Shown: positions 47,751-55,794 of the stretch, piece after piece
How positions within the stretch are numbered: the stretch's first letter is position 1
Layout: every line of letters begins with the position of its first letter
Assembly (NCBI GenBank): GCA_038207455.1
Contig: JBBQZT010000016.1
Location: 3,298 to 67,297, forward strand
Origin: Chloroflexia bacterium
GTDB lineage: Bacteria > Chloroflexota > Chloroflexia > Chloroheliales > Chloroheliaceae
Length of the DNA: 64,000 nt
Direction: 5' to 3'
The notes under the pieces: generated by a model
Told to the model about the DNA's origin: nothing
The model's input: only the letters and a program-made list of their open reading frames with translations
Databases searched by the model: none
Position numbers and translations under genes: made by a program

Positions 47751-48430
47751 GAAAGATTAACTCGTTCCAGGGCCGCTTCTAGCACCTGTTGGCGCAAAGT
47801 CATGGTCAAATCGCCGCGTGTGCGTTCCAACACCCCGCGTACCAAATCCGTGGTGCGGCGCAAACCGTTGGTTAAAGCATCGGGGAAATCCACCGTCACC
47901 AACTGGCTATAGACTTCTTCCATTTTATCGAGCAATTCTTCGCAGCGTGTCACCTCTTGTGCTCCGTGCCTAATTAAATCCAGAATATAGCGGCGCAACT
48001 CACTGGCTGCCTCACCCAACCCGTTGAGATACGGCGCGTCTTCGACTGCCAATGCCTGGGGAGAAGGCAAAGGTTCACCCCGCACCAGGGCGTAGGTCAA
48101 ACACGCCTCGGCATACTCTTTTTGCGCGTCCTGCACATATCCGGCCCAATAAATATCTTGATAATTCGCCAAATCGTTTTTAATCGCAATCAAGCGAGTG
48201 CGGCCTTGTTCCAAAAGTTCGCTGGCCTGCTCGAACTGGTTGCGGTGAACAGCCCGTATCGCGTTAGCCACGTTCCGAATCACACCCCGCGACTCCGCCA
48301 ATGCGCGTTCACGGGCAGCGTTTTTCTGCTCCAACCGCGCCATCACCGCCGCTACCGTTTCTTCTATAGAACTGACGTTATTTTGATTTGCTTCGGACAA
48401 AATTTTCTCCTTAATACGGTTAAAGCTCAC
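47747..48430 (-). CDS. Translin-family (COG2178-like) nucleic-acid-binding protein
   Basis: ..VEDAPYLNGLGEAASELRRY.. and ..LRRTTDLVRGVLERTRGDL.. align by eye with the translin C-terminal helices. GTG start overlaps the upstream stop (GTGA). The stop codon lies in the MITE terminus. Confidence 0.65.
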   Translation of the reverse strand: MSFNRIKEKILSEANQNNVSSIEETVAAVMARLEQKNAARERALAESRGVIRNVANAIRAVHRNQFEQASELLEQGRTRLIAIKNDLANYQDIYWAGYVQDAQKEYAEACLTYALVRGEPLPSPQALAVEDAPYLNGLGEAASELRRYILDLIRHGAQEVTRCEELLDKMEEVYSQLVTVDFPDALTNGLRRTTDLVRGVLERTRGDLTMTLRQQVLEAALERVNLS

Positions 48431-49284
48431 CGCTTTTGGGCCATCACATTCAAACGGCGGGCGGTCTCAACTATTTTTTCGTAATCGGGCAAACTGGTTT
48501 TCCAAACGTCGGGTATGGCTTCCTGGCCGTGATATGCTCCGGCTAATACTCCAATCAAGGGTGACAAATCTGGATTGATGTTTTTGAGGCTGAAAGCCAG
48601 GTTTATAACTTCCTCAAAGCTATCTTTGCGGGCGGCCAAAAGATAACAAGCGGCGGCCAATACGTCATAGGTCGTCAGATTGGGGATACTTTTGGCCCAC
48701 AGACGGTTTACGTTTTTGAAATCGGTTTGCTGTAAATCCACGTCAGCCAGTTCGCCCGCTTCGACGTTATCAACCAAAGTCTGGCGTTCTTCCAAATAAT
48801 CTTGCGCTACCAACAGTTTCTGGTAAGACGGATGGAAAAAATCAAACGGCAAGACATCCAGAATAGCACTCATCAAATCTTCGGGCATAATCTCGCGCCG
48901 CGCCAACAAATAAGCAGCTTTGGCGATTGCCAACATGGTGTCATTGGGCTGCCAGGGGACAGCAGGGTTTATAACTCGGTTAGGATATTCCGCAAAAAAT
49001 TTGTCTTTATCAAAGCCAGCGTAAGTGTAAAATAAACCCCAAACTGCTATCCAGGCTTCGGTTGTGATAGGTTCTTCCCAAACCAACTCTGACGGCTCAA
49101 ATTGCGGTTTCCAATTCACGGCCAGCTTTAGCGGATAATCATCTTCCATCAAACCTTCCGCCAAAAGTACGGCCATTTCAAGGTCTTCGCCCAGGGCTTT
49201 ACCAGGCGCACCCAGCTGATTACAGGCAATCGCTAAACCTAGCATCGCTCCCACAAAATTTGACTCGTAATTTTCTTCCTTCAA
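48427..49284 (-). CDS. ADP-ribosylglycohydrolase-like protein, apparently lacking the metal-binding Asp/Thr motifs; start uncertain
   Basis: The C-terminal ..LIGVLAGAYHGQEAIPDVWKTSL matches the ARH signature. The expected GDALG and GGDTDT positions read ACNQLG and NINPDLSP. A TTG at 49284 after GGAG avoids overlap with the PHP gene. Confidence 0.5.
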   Translation of the reverse strand: MKEENYESNFVGAMLGLAIACNQLGAPGKALGEDLEMAVLLAEGLMEDDYPLKLAVNWKPQFEPSELVWEEPITTEAWIAVWGLFYTYAGFDKDKFFAEYPNRVINPAVPWQPNDTMLAIAKAAYLLARREIMPEDLMSAILDVLPFDFFHPSYQKLLVAQDYLEERQTLVDNVEAGELADVDLQQTDFKNVNRLWAKSIPNLTTYDVLAAACYLLAARKDSFEEVINLAFSLKNINPDLSPLIGVLAGAYHGQEAIPDVWKTSLPDYEKIVETARRLNVMAQKR

Positions 49285-49294
49285 TCCGAATTTT

Positions 49295-49323
49295 CTCCGC
49301 GCCCTCTGCGTCCTCGGCGGTGA
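49295..49323. repeat. Family D short element
   Basis: The minus strand reads CACCGCCGAGGACGCAGAGGGCGCGGAG, in the 43-nt spacer between the PHP and ARH-like genes. Confidence 0.45.
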
Positions 49324-49327
49324 ATTC

Positions 49328-50185
49328 TTACGCTGCGTCGGCCTGCGGCACGTCCACTGCGAAGCGTTCCAACAAATCGCGCACGAGTTCGGGGTTCCAG
49401 GGGGTCGGTTTGCGGGCCTCGCTGTGGCTATCGTTTCCGGCACTAACTACCAATTTGTGTTGCCGAGCGAAATCCAGAAAGCGTGCGACGGTTTCGGGTG
49501 CGTGCGAAGGGTGATAAGCTTCCAGCCCCATCAAACCTGCCTCGACTAATTCACGCAAAACCTGCGTCGTAGCCGCCGAAAAACTGTACTCCTGGCGGCC
49601 AGGGTGAGCAATAACTGGAATACCGCCTGCCGCAATCGCCGTTTTGAGGACTACCTCGGCTGGCTGCGAACAAACTTTTTCCAAACCTAACTCCAAACAC
49701 ATACTAAAAGCGCGGTCAAAACTGGCTACTTCCCCACCCTTAACTAACGCACGCGGAATATCTACCGACAAATGATGCCCGTCGGGGCGACGAAAACTGT
49801 CGAGTAAACTTAATTTATAGCCGCGTTTTTGCAAACCTTCAATGATAGAGGCGTGTTTAGCGTGCATCTGGGCCTGCGTATCGGCCAGTAGCGCGTTAAG
49901 TCCGATATTTTCAGGGTCAAAATTAAAAACGAGCAGGTGATACATCGCCTCTCGCCATTTTATAGTTATTTCTACTCCCGGCACGAACTGAATTCCGCGT
50001 GCCTGAGCCAACTTTTGAACGGCCCGTACCGACCCAATTGTATCGTGGTCACTGACCGTCATCACTTTAACACCCGCCTGAACTACATTCTCCACCAACG
50101 TTTCGGGTGTCCATGCCCCGTCGCTGGCCGTCGTGTGCATATGGAAATCCACGCCCTGACCCGGCATTTTTAATAACTGATTCAT
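49328..50185 (-). CDS. PHP-domain phosphoesterase (TrpH/YciV-like)
   Basis: VDFHMHTTASDGAWTPE, ..VSDHDT.., ..IAHPGR.., ..GNDSH.. metal-ligand motifs. Confidence 0.85.
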   Translation of the reverse strand: MNQLLKMPGQGVDFHMHTTASDGAWTPETLVENVVQAGVKVMTVSDHDTIGSVRAVQKLAQARGIQFVPGVEITIKWREAMYHLLVFNFDPENIGLNALLADTQAQMHAKHASIIEGLQKRGYKLSLLDSFRRPDGHHLSVDIPRALVKGGEVASFDRAFSMCLELGLEKVCSQPAEVVLKTAIAAGGIPVIAHPGRQEYSFSAATTQVLRELVEAGLMGLEAYHPSHAPETVARFLDFARQHKLVVSAGNDSHSEARKPTPWNPELVRDLLERFAVDVPQADAA

Positions 50186-50309
50186 CTTTTATCTAATACT
50201 CCCGATTTTTACATTTTATAAAGTCTATTTTCTTAGTCAACTCTATTTTAACATAACCGAATCGGCTACGCACCAGCACAAAAGCCTAAGAAAATTATTA
50301 CTATAAAGG

Positions 50310-51005
50310 TTACAGAGGATTAGAAGACATTGACATGAGTTTTTTGACTAAAAGATGAACTGTAGTAGATGGATTGAGTTTTTTGACTCTATTGTGGGGA
50401 AATTCCTCAAGAGCAATTTCTTCGGTTAAGTTCGGATGCTTCTCCAGCATCCTTTCAGCATTTTCAATAGCATCGTTGGTTTTATCACGTATTTTTTCAA
50501 ATACGGGCATACTCTCCTGGTAGCCACTAATACAAGTTTTCATTTTGACCTTAGCTTCCTTACAGTTGCCAAATGGCTGCGTGTTATAGCCAAAATGTAG
50601 TAAAAACCAAAATTCTATACAAGGGTTACATAAAGCTAACTCAAGTTTATTATCTTGCGCTTTATTAACGGCAGAGTGGTAAGAGGGGTTTTGTGACAAG
50701 TTTTCCACATCAAAAACACACCAAACTTCGTCAAAGGCCGCTATGTTAAGCGAATCTTTAGCTTCCTTGTCGCGTTTAGTCTGCAACTCTAAAGCTTTTT
50801 CAACTACCGTTATAGCTGCCCCGCCCTGACCGACAACCACAACTTCCAGAGGTTTCAATTTCAAATGCTTGCAAAGAGCTCCGAAGTAGTTTGGTTCTGT
50901 CTCCTTGCCTTCACAAACAATCAGAATAATTTCTTTTGGTTTACGGCTATTTGCACGTGGGTACGAGCCAAACTTCTCAGGGCTTTTTGATTTATGCCTA
51001 GACAA
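50310..51005 (-). CDS. RloB-like (Toprim-type) protein, predicted nuclease partner of the upstream ATPase
   Basis: N-terminal ILIVCEGKETEPNYF and downstream VWCVFDVEN are the RloB/Toprim acidic motifs. TTG start overlaps the ATPase stop by 8 nt. The gene is AT-rich. Confidence 0.75.
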   Translation of the reverse strand: MSRHKSKSPEKFGSYPRANSRKPKEIILIVCEGKETEPNYFGALCKHLKLKPLEVVVVGQGGAAITVVEKALELQTKRDKEAKDSLNIAAFDEVWCVFDVENLSQNPSYHSAVNKAQDNKLELALCNPCIEFWFLLHFGYNTQPFGNCKEAKVKMKTCISGYQESMPVFEKIRDKTNDAIENAERMLEKHPNLTEEIALEEFPHNRVKKLNPSTTVHLLVKKLMSMSSNPL

Positions 51006-52317
51006 TAGAACTTTCTTTCGCTAATGGTTCTGACAACAACGCTTCTGAAATAAAAGGAATAGCTCCGTAACGTCCTTGTAAATAACCCTTTTGCAAAGCT
51101 TCTTTATCACGAGGACTGTATTCCAAATAGGGTACAAGACTCGATGCACCATTACTTTTTTCAACGAACCAGATTTGGTCACGTCGTAACAAAGTCAAAT
51201 CTTGTAGGGTAGTATCATGAGTATTAAAAATTAGTTGTGCGCCGTTTTTGTTGATTTGTGGATTATGAAACAGGCGTACCAATGCTCTAACAAGGATAGG
51301 ATGCAAACTAGCATCAAGCTCGTCAACTACCAGAACTCGCCCGCCTTCTAATACATCTAACAAAGGCGCACTTAGAGCAAATAAACGACGTGTGCCAAAA
51401 GACTCATCTTGCCACGGTAAAAAAACTCCTGCACCTGCTTGCTCTCCATATTGATGTTTGAATTGAACACTAACAGAAGGCTGGTTAATTTTAGAAGTTA
51501 AGGCGTTAATTTCCCTGTACAAAGGTAATAACTCGTTAGGAAAATTATCTGGAATGGCTGTTTCTTTAACTTCCTCTTGGACCTGATAATCAACGATTTC
51601 TAAATCTAGCTGCTGAATCAAAGCTTTCATTCCGGTAGCATAGTTTTCATCTTGAAGTAGCCTACGCTTGTTGACTTGTTCATAAACCTCTATCTCTTGA
51701 GTAATGTCTATAATAAGCAAACATCGCAAAAACCAATTTAGTACGCCTAGTAATTGCTTACTATTATTTTGGGCCGCTGTTGATAAGAAAAGTGCATCTG
51801 GTCTAGTGTTATCTTGCAATTTCAACTTTTTATCACTAAATTTTGAGCCAAAGTACCATTCTGACTCATCTGAGTCCGTTTTCGGATTGCGTTCAAACCA
51901 GGTTTGAGGCTGTCCTTTAGGGTAGGCGATTAACCATTCTTGATAAACACGTTTGTTATCAAGAGTAAATCCGTACTGGTAACGGACGTTTTGATAAATA
52001 AAATGTATCTCAAACTCAGTTGGGTTACTGGCTGTAGCTACATCTAACAAGAAAGGGCGGACACCTGTTTCGCTGCCAATAGGCCGAATAAAAGATCTAA
52101 GAATAAATTGCTCTACATAACGAAGTGCTTGTATAATATTACTCTTGCCAGAAGCGTTCGCACCATAAATTACAGCACTATTTACTAGACGCTGCTTGCC
52201 AAAATTTTCAGGCGAGGTCACGTTTTCGGACAAATTGTTATCAGGACTGGCAACCAGACTGAAAACCTGTTCGTCCTTGAAAGACTTGAAATTTTTGAAT
52301 TTGAATTCGATTAACAT
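50998..52317 (-). CDS. AAA_21/ABC-type ATPase (AbiLi / AriA / OLD-ATPase-like)
   Basis: MLIEFKFKNFKSFKD.., Walker A GANASGKSN, Walker B/D-loop LVVDELDASLHP, H-loop IFNTHDT. The gene is AT-rich. Confidence 0.85.
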   Translation of the reverse strand: MLIEFKFKNFKSFKDEQVFSLVASPDNNLSENVTSPENFGKQRLVNSAVIYGANASGKSNIIQALRYVEQFILRSFIRPIGSETGVRPFLLDVATASNPTEFEIHFIYQNVRYQYGFTLDNKRVYQEWLIAYPKGQPQTWFERNPKTDSDESEWYFGSKFSDKKLKLQDNTRPDALFLSTAAQNNSKQLLGVLNWFLRCLLIIDITQEIEVYEQVNKRRLLQDENYATGMKALIQQLDLEIVDYQVQEEVKETAIPDNFPNELLPLYREINALTSKINQPSVSVQFKHQYGEQAGAGVFLPWQDESFGTRRLFALSAPLLDVLEGGRVLVVDELDASLHPILVRALVRLFHNPQINKNGAQLIFNTHDTTLQDLTLLRRDQIWFVEKSNGASSLVPYLEYSPRDKEALQKGYLQGRYGAIPFISEALLSEPLAKESSIV

Positions 52318-52631
52318 AGCTTTGCTTTCTTTTGCTTATAATAGACCCTGTAAAGCTACCTAAATCATAAGGTATCTACAAAAATCTAATATTGTGTCTA
52401 TTATTGCATAAAACCTGCAATAATGTCAATAGGATTGTTTTTTTTGACAAAATTCTTATAGTTCTCATATATGATTAAAGTAAAAAGTCATCATCTACCA
52501 GCAGCTAACAAATCTAAACCGCATTCGATGCAATAAAATCGCTGTAAAGCGTTTGTGTGAGCGGCGTGTTATAATTCTAACAATCAAACTATAAAAGATT
52601 TATGTAAAGTCAAATAAGAGGAGTTTTTATA

Positions 52632-54575
52632 TTGGGAACAAATCTGGCCCGGAAAATCATCGCGGCCCATATAATTTCCGGCGAAATGACGGCGGGCCAA
52701 GAAATCGCGGTTAAAATAGACCAGACCTTGACCCAAGATGCTTCCGGTACGACAGCCTATCTGCAATTCGAGGCCATCGGGTTGCCGCGTGTCCAAACCG
52801 AGCTTTCGGTCAGCTATGTTGACCACAATATGTTGCAAACTGGCTTTGAAAACGCCGACGACCATCGCTTCTTGCAAAGTATCGCCGCCAAATTCGGGGT
52901 TTATTTCTCGCGGCCCGGCAACGGTATCTGTCATCAAGTTCACGCCGAACGCTTTGCCCGGCCCGGCGCAACTCTGCTGGGCAGCGATAGCCATACGCCG
53001 CTGTGTGGTGGCCTGGGGATGTTGGCAATCGGCGCGGGTGGTCTGGATGTGGCTGTAGCTATGGGTGGTGGGCCGTTTTATCTGGCGATGCCCAAAATCG
53101 TCGGCGTATATCTAAGTGGGAATTTGCAGCCCTGGGTCAGCGGCAAAGACGTAATTTTGGAAATGTTGCGCCGCTTAACCGTTAAAGGCGGGGTGGGTCG
53201 CATCATTGAATATACTGGGCCGGGTGTAGCCAGCCTGAGCGTGATTGACCGCACCACCATTACCAATATGGGCGCGGAGTTGGGCGCAACCACTTCTATC
53301 TTCCCTAGCGACGCACGCACCCTAGAGTATCTGACGGCGCAGGGGCGCGAAAACGTCTGGCAAGCCTGGGCCGCCGACCCCGATGCAACCTATGACGAGA
53401 CTTTGGAAATCAATTTGGATACGCTTGAACCGCTTATTGCCCAACCTCATAGCCCAGATAATGTGGTAAAAGTTAGCGAAGTGGCTGGTATTCCAGTCCA
53501 GCAGGTCTCAGTGGGTAGCTGCACCAACAGCAGTTTTCGCGACCTCTCGGTGGTGGCCCACGTACTGCACGGCAAAAGTGTGAATCCCGGTTTGAGCTTT
53601 ACAGTCAGCCCCGGCTCGAAACAGGTTTATGCTAACATCGCTCGTAACGGTGGCCTGACCGATATGATAGAAGCGGGCGCACGTATTTTGGAGTCGGCGT
53701 GTGGGCCGTGTATCGGGATGGGTATGGCTCCGCCGAGTGGTAGCGTGGTGGTACGCAGCTTCAACCGCAACTTTGAAGGACGCAGTGGTACGAAAGATGC
53801 CCGCGTCTATCTTGCCAGCCCCGAAACCTGCGCCGCCACCGCCGTAACCGGGGTTATTACCGACCCACGCACGCTTGGCCCCTACCCACATATCGAAATG
53901 CCCACGCATTACGCTATTAACGACTCGATGCTGATTGCTCCGGTTGAAGATACGTCCAGCATCGAAATCGTGCGCGGCCCTAATATCAAGCCCTTGCCAC
54001 GTTTCGACAAAATTGAAGCGAACCTGCGCGGCCCGGTTATCCTCAAAGTAGGGGACAATATCACCACTGACCATATTTCTCCGGCAGGCTCAAAGGTTTT
54101 GCCGCTGCGTTCCAATTTGCCCGCGCTGGCCGAGTTCACCTTTGAGCGCGTGGATAAAACTTTTGCCGAACGCGCCCAGGCAGCTAAAAGCGGGCACGGT
54201 GGCAGTTTCGTGGTAGGGGGCACAAATTATGGTCAGGGTAGCGCACGCGAACACGCCGCCCTTGCCCCGCGCTTTTTGGGCGTGCAAGCAGTTATCGTCA
54301 TCAATTTTGCCCGCATTCATCGCGCCAATCTGATTAACTTTGGGATTGTACCACTCACTTTTATTGCGCCCGAAGATTATGCAGCCCTTGAGCAGGGTGA
54401 TGAACTCGAAATCCGCGACTTGCCCAGCCAGATGCAAGCTGGCGCAACAGTGCGGCTGCACAATCTGACCAAAAACACCAGGCTGGAGGTGCAGCACAAC
54501 TTGAGCCAGCGCGAACTCGAAATCTTGCTAGATGGAGGTCTGCTCAACCATATCAAGCTAACTAACGCGGGGTAG
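52632..54575 (+). CDS. Aconitate hydratase (short, about 650-aa aconitase-family type)
   Basis: ..DQTLTQDASG.., GSDSHT, ..SCTNSS.., ..CGPCIGMG.., and swivel domain ..GGTNYGQGSAREHAA.. TTG start 8 nt after GAGGAG. Confidence 0.9.
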   Translation: MGTNLARKIIAAHIISGEMTAGQEIAVKIDQTLTQDASGTTAYLQFEAIGLPRVQTELSVSYVDHNMLQTGFENADDHRFLQSIAAKFGVYFSRPGNGICHQVHAERFARPGATLLGSDSHTPLCGGLGMLAIGAGGLDVAVAMGGGPFYLAMPKIVGVYLSGNLQPWVSGKDVILEMLRRLTVKGGVGRIIEYTGPGVASLSVIDRTTITNMGAELGATTSIFPSDARTLEYLTAQGRENVWQAWAADPDATYDETLEINLDTLEPLIAQPHSPDNVVKVSEVAGIPVQQVSVGSCTNSSFRDLSVVAHVLHGKSVNPGLSFTVSPGSKQVYANIARNGGLTDMIEAGARILESACGPCIGMGMAPPSGSVVVRSFNRNFEGRSGTKDARVYLASPETCAATAVTGVITDPRTLGPYPHIEMPTHYAINDSMLIAPVEDTSSIEIVRGPNIKPLPRFDKIEANLRGPVILKVGDNITTDHISPAGSKVLPLRSNLPALAEFTFERVDKTFAERAQAAKSGHGGSFVVGGTNYGQGSAREHAALAPRFLGVQAVIVINFARIHRANLINFGIVPLTFIAPEDYAALEQGDELEIRDLPSQMQAGATVRLHNLTKNTRLEVQHNLSQRELEILLDGGLLNHIKLTNAG

Positions 54576-54617
54576 CCAACGGTTTACCCCGTACCCGGCA
54601 CGGGTGAACCGTTGGCT
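54576..54617. repeat. Solo arm of family A forming a hairpin directly after the aconitase stop
   Basis: GCCAACGGTTTACCCCGTACCCGGCACGGGTGAACCGTTGGC corresponds to one terminal arm of the 15403-15581 element. Confidence 0.75.
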
Positions 54618-54640
54618 GACAGTATAAATTGATGCTTCTT

Positions 54641-55480
54641 TCAGTTTGCTTCTTGCCAAAGCTTTAAGAAGTCCTGCCAGTCGGGGGCAAGTTCTGGGGG
54701 GAGCCATTCGGCTATTTCCAGACCAATTTGTAAATCGTGGAGTTGTGGGTTTGCGCTCCACTCGATAGGCGGGCCAAAAATAAGCTGCCACAATTGCGCC
54801 TCGTTGTCCCACCAGACCGAGACGGGTAATACTGGGACAGCCAGTTTTGCCAGCCAACGTCCCGCACCAGGACGTATCGGGCCAAATTGGTCTCTGCCTC
54901 GTCCTTCGGGGAAAACCAAAGTGGGCTGCGAGTGGGCGCGACTTTTCCAGGTGCGTAAAGCTTCCAAACTGACCCGCTCGTTACCCGTCGGCAGACGCAA
55001 TACATTATGAGACCAGCGTCGAAAAATCCAATCATGCACGCGGCGGATTTTTGAAACCAGATAGCGCACAACTGGATTTACCTTTTGCAAATCAGCTTCG
55101 CGGTAGCCTACTATTACCAGCCAATCGCGGGCTAAATCTGGTCGCCTTTGCTGGACTGCCTGATGGATAGTTGCCAGTAAACGCGGTGTCCAACGTACCA
55201 AAGTGTGATTGACTGCCAGCGTAAAAACACCATCGGCAGGCACAAATTCCAACCCGCGCACCTGGTATTTATCACGCATTGGTACGCACAAAGCCAGAAT
55301 ATCGCGCCTACCAAAAGTTTGCCACCCCAACTGAAACCAAAAACCTGGCCCTGAGCCACCCCGATTATGGCGGCGTTCACCAAGTTGAGCCTTTGTATCT
55401 AACCACTGTTTCAGGGAGCGGCTAAAGCGATTAGAAACGGCGGCGGCGCGGAACTTGACGGTAGTTATACCTGTTGGCAT
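54641..55480 (-). CDS. PlsC-family acyltransferase-like protein (tentative); start uncertain
   Basis: ..LAVNHTLV.. (NH motif without the canonical D) and ..VFPEGRGRD.. resemble acyltransferase blocks I and III. Confidence 0.5.
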   Translation of the reverse strand: MPTGITTVKFRAAAVSNRFSRSLKQWLDTKAQLGERRHNRGGSGPGFWFQLGWQTFGRRDILALCVPMRDKYQVRGLEFVPADGVFTLAVNHTLVRWTPRLLATIHQAVQQRRPDLARDWLVIVGYREADLQKVNPVVRYLVSKIRRVHDWIFRRWSHNVLRLPTGNERVSLEALRTWKSRAHSQPTLVFPEGRGRDQFGPIRPGAGRWLAKLAVPVLPVSVWWDNEAQLWQLIFGPPIEWSANPQLHDLQIGLEIAEWLPPELAPDWQDFLKLWQEAN

Positions 55481-55794
55481 CACGCATTCCTTGTTGATAA
55501 GCACTTCGTCGGCCACCGCCGCCCGAACTGGACTCGGAAGAACTATAGCTACTGGCACTGGAAACAAGTTCGTCCGAAGCACTAATTTCCAGCGAGTCGC
55601 TACTCAGATCATCTTCACTGTTTAATAACATACCCATCAGCACAAAAGTCAGATAGCGTTGCGTTTGTTTGAACACATTTTTCCCTTTACCAACTAAACG
55701 GCTGGTCAAACCCACCCGTTATTAAGCCACACTCAATTACTAGCACCAGGGTTAAGTACAAATATCGGGCCAGGGATAGCTTCTGCTACAAAAA

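Noticed and set aside
53508-54074. 188-aa minus-strand ORF
   Set aside because: It is antisense to the aconitase gene.
55431-55715. 94-aa Ser/Asp-rich then Arg-rich ORF between the kinase and the acyltransferase-like gene
   Set aside because: It is low-complexity, has no clear RBS, uses a GTG start, and overlaps the most plausible start of the 54641-55480 gene. Real coding cannot be supported from sequence alone.
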